A stretch of DNA of 63,930 nt, filler included, from an uncultured Ignavibacteriales bacterium (lineage in GTDB: Bacteria; Zixibacteria; MSB-5A5; GN15; JAAZOE01), in the NCBI GenBank assembly GCA_964611355.1. It is 5 parts of 5 records of this genome, joined end to end, with 100 filler letters (N's around TTAATTAATTAA, not from the genome) between each part and the next. Parts side by side here need not be neighbours in the genome. Positions count along the whole stretch, not along the records: positions 1 to 15,808 come from CAZSYD010000051.1; 4 more parts are not named here. One strand, given 5' to 3'. A program made the position numbers and the translations under genes. Positions 1-9,096 of the stretch are shown piece by piece; the stretch's first letter is position 1, and every line of letters starts with the position of its first letter. The notes beneath the pieces are model-generated. The model did not search any database and had not been told where the DNA came from. It saw only the letters and a program-made list of their open reading frames with translations.

Positions 1-2
1 CC

Positions 3-389
3 GGATCAGCTTCAGACGCCAAGTATCGGACTATTGCCAAAGATCTGGATCGCCTTGCAGGCGATAGGAGTTTATCAAATGCTGTCTTCTTGTTTCATTC
101 CCCGCCATATATGACCAATCTTGACCGGGCGGCATTGGATGGAAAAATGGTCGATCATGTTCCGCTCGATGTTCATATCGGGAGCATTGCCATCCGGCGA
201 TTTATCGAAAAGCGCCAACCGCTTTTAACGCTTCACGGTCACGTCCATGAATCAGCCGGATTAACCGGCAACTGGCGCGACAAAATCGGCCGGACGCCAT
301 GTCTCTCCGCAGCCCATGATGGGCCGGAACTGGCCCTGGTAAAATTCGCCCTGGAAGATATAGAGCACGCCGAGCGTGAATTATTGTGA
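3..389 (+). CDS. Metallophosphoesterase, 5'-truncated by window edge
   Basis: Frame open from window start; HSPP, HIGSxAIRRFIE and LHGHVHE motifs of calcineurin-like phosphoesterases. Confidence 0.85.
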   Translation, partial: GSASDAKYRTIAKDLDRLAGDRSLSNAVFLFHSPPYMTNLDRAALDGKMVDHVPLDVHIGSIAIRRFIEKRQPLLTLHGHVHESAGLTGNWRDKIGRTPCLSAAHDGPELALVKFALEDIEHAERELL

Positions 390-3300
390 TTAATCGATAT
401 CGTTGCCGCCCAGCATCAATTGACGAGCGGGGTCGGTTGTAGCTCCGATCTTGACAGCATAGCTGGATTTCCGGGCTATATCATCATCGGTGATGATATG
501 CACATCCAGCAATCCGTCTGATTTGTAACCTGTCCTCAAATAATTTAGTTCACCGAGACAAAGACTCCACCCTTCCAGCCAGAGCCGGAGTTCCTCCAAC
601 TGGTGACCGTCGCCACGGAAATGAACGAGCAGATCGACATCGCTGTCAGGACCGGCGGTGGCATTTTTGGTACTGCCAAAGATATACATCCCGACTACAC
701 CAAACCGTTTGGGATCCAACCGGGTCGCAATTTGCTCGGCAAACTGCAGGCGCCAGGTCCAGTAGTCTCCACGGGACGGCTGTTGTGGAGTCACCACGGC
801 ACTGGCTGCTTCCTGATCGGCAGCAATCGGTTCTGCCAGCATGCCCATTGCCTCACCCAGATCGGCATTCATTAGCAACCGTAGAACTTTCCCATCTGCG
901 ATCTTGGGAACGTCGATTACTTTTATGGTGTCGGCCAGTGAGGCAAATTCCGGCAGAATATCGGGAAGAAGATTTGGCGACCGGGTCAAAATCCGCTCGT
1001 TGAAAACAATTCCTTCATCATCAGGATAAAGCGGAAGATACTTAATTTCGGCTTCCACCAGATCCTGAAAGAAATGAGTTCCAAATGATACATCCGGCAA
1101 ATAACTACCCCGCTTGAAGGCAATCTCTATCAATGCCGCAGTGTTGTTGATTTCCGAATAGGTGACACTAACGCCAAGTTTGATATCTCCCCGGCTGCCC
1201 CATCGTCCGGGTCCCATAAGGATAAACTGGCGCCTGGGTAAAATCTTATTGAGTTTGCCGACCGCCTTACCGACATCAATTATCATCTGCCGGTCCGGCA
1301 GTTGACTGTACATTTTAGGGTCAACATAGACAATATGCGTAACCTCAGCCCACCCATTTGAAATATATTTATCAGCCGTAAAAACCACTTGCTCCCGGGG
1401 AACATCTTTGGGCAACGGTACCGGGCTGTTCTCAGGAGAATAACTTTGAGCCCGGCATTGCAGCAGATAAAAATCGCGCCCGTCGGATGCGAATTCAATG
1501 TCAATCGGATATCCGAGGGTTTTCTCCAGGGTATCCAGAATCGCCCTGATTTGTCGGACGAATGGAGTGCCGGTCACCAGTCCTTCAAACGTAGCCACCA
1601 ATTCATTATGATCAAAATCAAGATTTGATGCCGTCGCTCTTCTCAGATGATCGCCATCCAGTATCGAGACTATATCATTGATTCGGGGCAAATCAAAACC
1701 AACCTCTTTCAGGAAACCATTTATATCTATGGTCTCAAAATTGTTGGTCTCCAGATTTATGACATCAATCTTACGCGGTGAATACCTTACCGTTTCATCA
1801 GTAGTAACATTAACGCGCAGGCCCGGCTGCCCGGGAGCGATCATGATCGGATAATCATCACTGAGTCTGTCTACGGCGCGCGTCCCAAGGCCCGGCACCA
1901 ATCGGATAAGTCCATCCTCCCGTTTGATGCGGGGCGACCATCTGAATTCATTTCTGGAAAAGGCCACTCCGGCAAAAGAAGGTAAAAAATATTTACCAAC
2001 GCGGGTACCGACCACTTCCTGGATTATGATACCCATTTCTTCGCCGAAATCGATCAGACCGCGTTCGGCCCTGTATTCAATCGGATCCGGACCGAAGGTG
2101 GAGGCATACACTTCAGCAATGGCATCTATCAAGGCATCCAGGCGATTTTGTTTGCTGCCTTGGTTGGCAATAAAAAGGCTTTTGTATTTGCCTGAAAAGG
2201 CCGCACCGACGCGATCCTCAAGGAGGCTGGAGCTTCGAACAATAAGAGGTCGCTCGCCGAAATCATCCAGAGCCATGGAAAGCCCATTGGTGATATCAGC
2301 CGGGAAACGGGCGCTCTTAAAAGATTGGATGATATGCGGATATTCCAACCGCACTTGGTTGATCTCCTTGTATTTCTGTTCAACCACCTCATCGAAATTA
2401 TTGTAGTGCATGAAATGGAGCAGGACATCGGAGGTCACGTACCAGGTTTTCGGTATTTTTACATTTTGCAGGTTTTCATTTTTGCGCGCTTCTTTTCGTA
2501 GGATCTGAGTGGCCATGTAAAGACCGGCGCTTTTACCCCCGAGCTTGCCGTGACTTTCAGTGCTGAAGATCATATTATGCAGGAGATGGAAAAAATCATC
2601 CACTTCGACGAAATTCTTGGCCACGTTGATATACTGAAGCTGATCGGAAAGAAAGCGGCGTATTAGCGAGACATGGACGCCGATTTTGCTGGGGGAATAA
2701 ATGGTCGGCTCATCCTGGGCCACATGATGATAACGGCGGATGGCATCGGCCACCTCAGCCAGCGACAAGTTGCGGTTGACCACCTGGTCCAGGAAACTGA
2801 GTTTATCCTCCAGAATCCATCTCCGGATCAGACGCATAATCGCATCATCAGTTAGATTGTTGGCTGCAATTTTGAATACAGCAGTACTGAAATCAGCCGG
2901 TAGCCCCAAATCGCGCCGTACATGGGGCTTGTTCCATCCCTCCAGTTTTTCTTCCTCGATCAAATCCTCATCGGCACCGAATACCTGAGCCAGCTTTTCC
3001 GCCTCCCGAACACCGCTCCAGCAAAGATGATTGAGGATTTTACGCGAAATATTGAGGTAAAGATTCTTGTCAGTATGGCGGAGCATCTTTATAACCACCG
3101 GCCACTCTTTCCGCTCCCCGGAGATTCCATCTTTCCGGACAGAATCAAGTTCCTGTACCACCTGCCGCACGTGGTTATGCATCATCCAATGCCCCAGCCG
3201 TTCGGCAATGGTGCGAATCAACCGTGTTTCCTCTTTGAGGAAGGGACCGTCATCCTCCAGCGGCATCTCCTCGGTATAATAAACGCTGATAGCACCAAAG

Positions 3301-3638
3301 ACCATGTCTTGAACCGCAATATCGGTAGTTTGTACCCAGGCTGTTTCCGAAAAATCGGGAGATATATATTCCTTATCCTCAATGACAATTTTGGCCTGGC
3401 ATTTATCCGGGTACTGCCAACCTAATGGTATTGCTTCGATCACCTTGGGACAAATCAATTCGAGGGGCTTGTCCGGGTCGCGAAGTATCTCTTCGATCTT
3501 GTAAAGACAGTTTAATTCTTTGGCTCGTTGCTGGAGAGAATCTACCAGGCTGTCAAGCGCCCAGTAATCGCCCAGCGAATTCTCTTTTTTATTTTTTTCT
3601 TTTTCGTTATTTTTGTCGGCGTGATTATTTTCGCTCAT
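390..3638 (-). CDS. PEP-synthase/PPDK N-terminal-domain protein with N-terminal GAF-like sensor and C-terminal nucleotidyltransferase domain
   Basis: 1082 aa; LGGKSAGL, VRSSSLLED, FSGKYKS, GLGTRAV, DIEFA motifs; GPGRWGS domain; C-terminal IFGSTKNATAGPDSDVDLL (GS..DxD Pol-beta motif). Confidence 0.85.
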   Translation of the reverse strand: MSENNHADKNNEKEKNKKENSLGDYWALDSLVDSLQQRAKELNCLYKIEEILRDPDKPLELICPKVIEAIPLGWQYPDKCQAKIVIEDKEYISPDFSETAWVQTTDIAVQDMVFGAISVYYTEEMPLEDDGPFLKEETRLIRTIAERLGHWMMHNHVRQVVQELDSVRKDGISGERKEWPVVIKMLRHTDKNLYLNISRKILNHLCWSGVREAEKLAQVFGADEDLIEEEKLEGWNKPHVRRDLGLPADFSTAVFKIAANNLTDDAIMRLIRRWILEDKLSFLDQVVNRNLSLAEVADAIRRYHHVAQDEPTIYSPSKIGVHVSLIRRFLSDQLQYINVAKNFVEVDDFFHLLHNMIFSTESHGKLGGKSAGLYMATQILRKEARKNENLQNVKIPKTWYVTSDVLLHFMHYNNFDEVVEQKYKEINQVRLEYPHIIQSFKSARFPADITNGLSMALDDFGERPLIVRSSSLLEDRVGAAFSGKYKSLFIANQGSKQNRLDALIDAIAEVYASTFGPDPIEYRAERGLIDFGEEMGIIIQEVVGTRVGKYFLPSFAGVAFSRNEFRWSPRIKREDGLIRLVPGLGTRAVDRLSDDYPIMIAPGQPGLRVNVTTDETVRYSPRKIDVINLETNNFETIDINGFLKEVGFDLPRINDIVSILDGDHLRRATASNLDFDHNELVATFEGLVTGTPFVRQIRAILDTLEKTLGYPIDIEFASDGRDFYLLQCRAQSYSPENSPVPLPKDVPREQVVFTADKYISNGWAEVTHIVYVDPKMYSQLPDRQMIIDVGKAVGKLNKILPRRQFILMGPGRWGSRGDIKLGVSVTYSEINNTAALIEIAFKRGSYLPDVSFGTHFFQDLVEAEIKYLPLYPDDEGIVFNERILTRSPNLLPDILPEFASLADTIKVIDVPKIADGKVLRLLMNADLGEAMGMLAEPIAADQEAASAVVTPQQPSRGDYWTWRLQFAEQIATRLDPKRFGVVGMYIFGSTKNATAGPDSDVDLLVHFRGDGHQLEELRLWLEGWSLCLGELNYLRTGYKSDGLLDVHIITDDDIARKSSYAVKIGATTDPARQLMLGGNDID

Positions 3639-5389
3639 TTTAAAATCACTCCCCGCTTGGTTTGCCCGTCAACCCTTATGGTCACCGGACGTTTAAGGCG
3701 CACATGGCTGACCAGTTCGGTAGCGACAATCTCATTCTGGCCGGCCAACCACGACCAATCAATTTTGTATGCTCCGGTATGATGCACCGCCAGGTAACAT
3801 ATTTCGAAACTGGTTAGGTTATGGAAGAAATGCGATCCCTGGCTGAGCTCTATATCCATATCCTGCAGAGTAGCCTCGACAATAGCTCCCGCCCCGGAAA
3901 TTTGGCTCCACTCCACAGGAATCCCAAGCCAGGGATCAGAGCTACCCCAGCGGCCAAAACCGAGCAATAGGTATTTACGATCTTCCATCACCAATTGTCT
4001 ATTTATCTTCTCCAACTCGCCGGCAATTTGACCGGTATACCTGGCTTCAAATTTATCCGGCCGAACATAAACCACATCCACCAAGTCGTCAACGATGCCA
4101 TTGCCAAGTGTTCGCTCGGATGCTACCAGAACATTCTCACCTATCATTTCATCGACATTTACATCCACCGATTCATCGGATACTACCATTGGACGCACTT
4201 GCAAAAAATCAAACCGGGCCGGGATACCATTTTTCGGATCAAGGGTGACGGCGAATTCCATCTCAATTGGCGTTCCTATCGCCTCCTTGCAAACCTTCAG
4301 TAATTTCTTAAGCAGATTGTTCAGCGGCAGCAATCTATCCTGCAGAATCGGGGCAAAGGTCAATACCCGTGGGCCGTCAGCGCCGATCCCGGGCACTAGG
4401 CGATCATCCTGCGGTCGATAAGTGGAGGCGATATATTTCAAAGTATTGTCATATTCAGCCTCCGGAAGATTGCCTTTGATCATGTATTCGGTTTCCCGCA
4501 CCGGATCATAAGCCGGCGGCTGGCCCATATTAACCGCCCAGAATTCCGCTTGCGTCAGTTTAACCAACTTTCCCGCCGACCCCACCGGCGGACTCAGCTT
4601 GGGATAGGCCGGGCTGTAACTCCAAATCAACCCACCATCAACAATCGTCTTTCCCAAACCCAGAGCCAGATCAATCACTCCGTCTTTCGGTCTGGCTTTT
4701 CCAATCGGATAAAAATTGTAAGATCGGGCCACTCCTGAGATGTTAGGATAGAACCTGTCATTATATCTCTGCCCAGCTATTTCCTGTATGATCACCGCCA
4801 TTTTTTCTTCCTGATATGACCGTCCGGTAATGGTGATGTAATCGCGGGCTCCCTTGAAAAATACCGAGGCATAGACGAATTTGATGGCCTCAATCAGCTT
4901 TCGAAAACGGGTGTCGATATCCGGCTGATTATTGGGAATCATTTTGGTTCCATAAACACCGGCAAACGGTTTATACATGGCATCTTCGAGAAGTGAGGAA
5001 GACCTGATTGCCAGTGGTGTTTTTACTCCGGAAATTAAAGCTCGTATATCGCCGACGAATTCAGGGGGAAATTGAGCCTTCTGAAAAGCATGGGCAATAC
5101 GGTCATCCGATATCTCCGGATCAAACGCATCATAAAGTTTGTTATATTCAATGAAACGCTCAAAAAAACCGGTTGCCAGGACAACCAATCGGGGAATTCT
5201 GAGGGAAATTCCGGGGAAATCCTGATTACTAAAATGCTCTTTCAAGACATCCTTAATAAACGCCAGCCCCGATGCCTTGCCCCCGATCGAACCATATCCG
5301 ATGTAACTGATTACCTTATCCGACCCAAAAAAGTCACGATCAAATCCGGGTAATTGATCAGTTGTGACTGAAATTCTGCCGATTTTCAT
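3635..5389 (-). CDS. Shorter PEP-synthase/PPDK N-terminal-domain paralogue
   Basis: 584 aa; IGGKASGL, IRSSSLLED, FAGVY, GLGKTIVDG, EMEFA, GFGRWGS, SQGSHFFHNL; stop overlaps next ATG by 4 bp. Confidence 0.85.
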   Translation of the reverse strand: MKIGRISVTTDQLPGFDRDFFGSDKVISYIGYGSIGGKASGLAFIKDVLKEHFSNQDFPGISLRIPRLVVLATGFFERFIEYNKLYDAFDPEISDDRIAHAFQKAQFPPEFVGDIRALISGVKTPLAIRSSSLLEDAMYKPFAGVYGTKMIPNNQPDIDTRFRKLIEAIKFVYASVFFKGARDYITITGRSYQEEKMAVIIQEIAGQRYNDRFYPNISGVARSYNFYPIGKARPKDGVIDLALGLGKTIVDGGLIWSYSPAYPKLSPPVGSAGKLVKLTQAEFWAVNMGQPPAYDPVRETEYMIKGNLPEAEYDNTLKYIASTYRPQDDRLVPGIGADGPRVLTFAPILQDRLLPLNNLLKKLLKVCKEAIGTPIEMEFAVTLDPKNGIPARFDFLQVRPMVVSDESVDVNVDEMIGENVLVASERTLGNGIVDDLVDVVYVRPDKFEARYTGQIAGELEKINRQLVMEDRKYLLLGFGRWGSSDPWLGIPVEWSQISGAGAIVEATLQDMDIELSQGSHFFHNLTSFEICYLAVHHTGAYKIDWSWLAGQNEIVATELVSHVRLKRPVTIRVDGQTKRGVILK

Positions 5390-5560
5390 AGCAGTTTTTC
5401 CATCCGGGCAGAGACATCAAAAATCCTAATCACATGAATAATATAGCACTATAATTCCGATATTCTAATAAAAACCGCTCAACCAGAGAAACCTCCCAGT
5501 CAGGTGAAACTGGGTCGGCTTTCCCTTTATTAAAAGGGACATCGACGTACTGCCGGCAAT

Positions 5561-6847
5561 CTACACCCAGCCGCGGTCCCGGCATGCCTGCGCAACACGA
5601 GAGACGGCAATCATGTAGGCAGCATCGCGCATACAGACATTTCTCTTACGAGCCAATTCACTGACAGCCAAAAATGCGGATGTCATTTTTATATCAAGCT
5701 TGCCGAGGACTTCATCTTTTTCCCAGAAGTAGTTCATATTGCTCTGAACCTGTTCAAAATAACTGCAGGTCACACCTCCGGCATTACTTAAAAAATCGGG
5801 GATCATAAAAATGCCGCGGCTTTTGATGATTTCATCAGCTTCCGGGGTGGTGGGCCCGTTGGCGCCTTCGGCGATCATCTTGACTCTACCGCTTATCTGA
5901 CCGGCGTTATCACCTGTCACCTGGTTTTCCAGCGCACATGGAATCAGGATATCAACTTCCTGCGTCAACCAATCATCGCCCGGCAGCACCTCGTAGCCCA
6001 TGTCGCGCGCTTTATCTTTGTCGATGCCGCCAAAGCGATCGGTAATAGTCAGGAGCTCATCCAGATCTATGCCATCCTTCTTCCGATAAGCATAAGATAT
6101 CTGGTCATGTTGATCCCAGCAAGAAACGCAGATCACTTTGCCACCGATCTGGTTATATAGTCTGATGGCATACTGGGCCACATGACCGAAGCCCTGGATA
6201 CTGGCAATGGTATCCCCCGGACGAATGTCCATCTGTTTGAGCGCTTCCCGAACAGTGTAGATGACTCCAAATCCGGTTGCCTCTGTACGCCCTAATGATC
6301 CACACATCCCAACCGGCTTGCCCGTTATGAAGCCTGGATACTTTTCACCACGGATGGCCTCATACTCATCCAGCATCCACAGCATATGCTGGGCGCTGGT
6401 CATAACATCCGGAGCCGGTACATCGGAGAGTGGTCCGACATTTTTGGCCAGTTGCCGTACCCAGCCACGGCATAGAAATTCCTGCTCGTGAACACTGAGA
6501 TTGTGCGGATCGCAGATAACTCCACCCTTTCCGCCGCCCAGTGGTATATCAACCACGGCACACTTCCAAGTCATCAACATGGCCAGGGCACGTACTGTAT
6601 CGATTGTCTCCTGAGGGTGAAAGCGAATGCCGCCCTTGCACGGCCCTCGAGCGTCGTTATGCTGTACTCGAAAACCACGAAATATTTTTACACTTCCATC
6701 ATCCATCCGGACCGGGATATTAAAAGCGTATTCTCTCATCGGAAAGCGCAATAGGTCTCGTGAGGCGCTATCAAGCTCCAGCATATCAGCTACATGGTCG
6801 AACTGCTCCTGAGCCATATGGAACGGATTAAAAGCCTTAGCGTTCAT
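5561..6847 (-). CDS. gdhA: Glu/Leu/Phe/Val dehydrogenase (glutamate dehydrogenase)
   Basis: KGGIRFHP, PLGGGKGG, VPAPD, GRTEATG, EGANGP, NAGGV motifs; start moved to ATG 6847 (MNAKAFNPF) after GAGGG. Confidence 0.92.
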   Translation of the reverse strand: MNAKAFNPFHMAQEQFDHVADMLELDSASRDLLRFPMREYAFNIPVRMDDGSVKIFRGFRVQHNDARGPCKGGIRFHPQETIDTVRALAMLMTWKCAVVDIPLGGGKGGVICDPHNLSVHEQEFLCRGWVRQLAKNVGPLSDVPAPDVMTSAQHMLWMLDEYEAIRGEKYPGFITGKPVGMCGSLGRTEATGFGVIYTVREALKQMDIRPGDTIASIQGFGHVAQYAIRLYNQIGGKVICVSCWDQHDQISYAYRKKDGIDLDELLTITDRFGGIDKDKARDMGYEVLPGDDWLTQEVDILIPCALENQVTGDNAGQISGRVKMIAEGANGPTTPEADEIIKSRGIFMIPDFLSNAGGVTCSYFEQVQSNMNYFWEKDEVLGKLDIKMTSAFLAVSELARKRNVCMRDAAYMIAVSRVAQACRDRGWV

Positions 6848-7009
6848 ATCGATGCCCTCGCAGATATTAAACTGTTGGCAAAAAACCAATCTTCCCGAAA
6901 AAAGACCGGAACTCTCGACGGGTAATAACATCCCTCATTATCTCTATGAATAACAAAGAGAAAAGCCGAAAACATATTTTCCCCCGAGTCGGGAATGGCT
7001 ATCCCCGTT

Positions 7010-7058
7010 TTGTTATTATTTTCACGAACTATGATATATTATTTATCGGAGATGTCAA
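7010..7058 (-). promoter_or_regulatory. Putative sigma70 promoter of gdh overlapped by a Rex-like operator
   Basis: Minus strand TTGACA (7058-7053), 16 bp, TATCAT (7036-7031); TTGTTATTATTTTCACGA (7010-7027) matches 11/14 of TTGTGAA-N4-TTCACAA. Confidence 0.5.
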
Positions 7059-7234
7059 GTCGAGATTGAGAAACTCGTAATAAAACTCCAAAAAACTCTA
7101 TGTCTAATAATGTTCCTCTTTCAATAAGCGTATTGATTCATTTTTAGAGAGCCACCAACTTATTTGGGTTTCTCATTTATCACTAACCATCCGGGAAATC
7201 GCCTTTTCCAGGTTTGACCCCGTTAGTTTGTTTA

Positions 7235-7668
7235 TGATCCTCCCCCGGTTTAGTGGACACGTAGAAAGGATAGCGTTATGATTCTTTCAGGAGGTGTCCA
7301 GATGTCGGGGAATGGAAATCGTCGCAGTTATGACCGGGCGTTCAAAGTGGAAGCGGTACGGCTGGTGACTATCAGAAATTGTTGAAGGATCACAAAATGA
7401 TCTGCGGTATGAGCCGCAAGGCAGATCCCTTGTGATCCGCCACAGGCGGACTCAAATGGAGTCGTTCTTTGCAACTTTGAAGACGGAGCTGATTTACGAT
7501 GAACCATTTGTCACACGATAAGATGCGAAAGCGAAGATATTTGAGTATATTGAATTGTTTTACAACCGGGTGCGTCGACATTCGAGCCTGGGCTTCAAAA
7601 GCCCGGTTGACTTTGAAAGGATGGCTAACCTAACTTAACTGGGTGTCCACTTTTTCAGGGGAAGCCCA
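7235..7668 (+). mobile_element. Internally deleted IS3-family element (434 bp)
   Basis: TG...CA ends with 26-bp imperfect IRs (18/26); OrfA start MSGNGNRRSYDRAFKVEAVRLV (ATG 7302) joined to OrfB tail ESFFATLKTE...FYNRVRRHSSLGFKSP with stops. Confidence 0.9.
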
Positions 7669-7816
7669 ATATACCAGTATCTACCTCTTTTGTATATACT
7701 CCCCATGATAAAAACCTCTGTTCAATGGTCACTATATGCCCACTCAACTCTTCAAAATAAATATGCTATATTATAACAGATTGTTAATAAAAAACTTATG
7801 TGAGGATGGAAATATA

Positions 7817-7906
7817 TGGCGGAGAGGCTGGGATTCGAACCCAGGGACCCCGCAAGGGGTCAACGGTTTTCGAGACCGCCCCGTTCAACCGCTCCGGCAC
7901 CTCTCC
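7817..7906 (-). tRNA. tRNA-Ser(CGA)
   Basis: GGAGAGG acceptor stem, CTCGAAA anticodon loop, long variable arm, GTTCGAATC T-loop, encoded CCA. Confidence 0.96.
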
Positions 7907-7999
7907 ATCCAACAGACTTCCTATCGGCCGGCGGCCGATTTTTTTGTATCCAATCATATTATTAGAATTCCCGGCAATGTAAAGTAGAATCTGCCAATT

Positions 8000-8536
8000 T
8001 CAAGTATTTGCTCCCTGCTCTTGGAGTTTCCGGTGCAACCGTTTCAAAAAATCCTCGTCGGGACGGATCAACAAATAACCAATCACCGTCAAAGCGATAA
8101 ACAGCCAGATATAGTCGAACTCCAATCCGAGTAAAACCAGCAACAATCCGTAAATGGAGCAGGATTCAACCAGGGCAAACATAATTATTGAAATGTTGAA
8201 GGCCGTTTTTGAAAATTCGGCTGGTTCCGCGCCTTTGCCCGAACGAAACAATCCCTGCGGGCCTTGCGGTTTATTCCCTGTCGAATAATTGATAATAAAA
8301 GCCGGCAGACGATTTCTGACAAACACGGCAATCGCTATTTCAGTAAACGATAATATTAATAAAAGATAGAATAGTATATGCAGCTGTGAAGGCGAAGTGT
8401 CCGGTGGCGATATTCGGTTATGTGTAACCAAATAAGCGACGATAATATACAACGCAGGGGCGACAAAACCAAAGACGGGCCCGATAACGGCGATTCTCTT
8501 TTTCGCACGTGAAATTTCGGCCTTTTCTTCTATCAT
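8000..8536 (-). CDS. Hypothetical ~4-TM membrane protein, paralogue of 8602-9096
   Basis: 178 aa, hydrophobic segments; FIALTVIGYLLIRP resembles neighbour. Confidence 0.75.
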   Translation of the reverse strand: MIEEKAEISRAKKRIAVIGPVFGFVAPALYIIVAYLVTHNRISPPDTSPSQLHILFYLLLILSFTEIAIAVFVRNRLPAFIINYSTGNKPQGPQGLFRSGKGAEPAEFSKTAFNISIIMFALVESCSIYGLLLVLLGLEFDYIWLFIALTVIGYLLIRPDEDFLKRLHRKLQEQGANT

Positions 8537-8601
8537 CTCTTCGCTCCGATAGTGATTTATTCAGCTTTTCACTTCTTACAGTCGCGCAAACTGCCCGAAA
8601 T

Positions 8602-9096
8602 TTACTTCGTATTGCTCAATTTTTGAAACATCCCTTCCAGAAATTTCTTCCGGGGACGGAAAAGCTGATACCCGATGAGCGTCAAAGCCACAAACAACAT
8701 CATCACTTCGATAGTCCCCCCCAAAATAACGAGCAGAATACCAAACATCAGGTGCGAAAGATTAATGACATACACAAACATCGATATCTTCAAGGCGCTT
8801 TTTTCAAATCTTTCTTCGATTCCGGTTCCCTCGCCAATTAGAATTCCGGCAGGCAGGCGGCGGCGAAGAAAATAAACCAGAGCGTAATCAATTGCACTTG
8901 CCAGTAGAAGAACATAAAAAACAATCTGCAGATTCGGACGACCGGCAAAATCAATACCCACTTCGGTTGAGACCGTCTTGTTCGTTATAAGCAGAACGAT
9001 GATAAAAATCGCTATCGGCATAACCACATTCATGAAAAGGCCCAGGTAGGTAGTTTTTGTCAATACTCTGATAATGTATGCGTCGTTTGTGTTCAA
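8602..9096 (-). CDS. Hypothetical ~4-TM membrane protein
   Basis: 164 aa; TTG start overlaps tadA stop. Confidence 0.75.
   Translation of the reverse strand: MNTNDAYIIRVLTKTTYLGLFMNVVMPIAIFIIVLLITNKTVSTEVGIDFAGRPNLQIVFYVLLLASAIDYALVYFLRRRLPAGILIGEGTGIEERFEKSALKISMFVYVINLSHLMFGILLVILGGTIEVMMLFVALTLIGYQLFRPRKKFLEGMFQKLSNTK

Noticed and set aside
7390..7987. Short ORFs over the IS remnant and tRNA (also 16527-16742)
   Set aside because: Explained by the IS and tRNA genes
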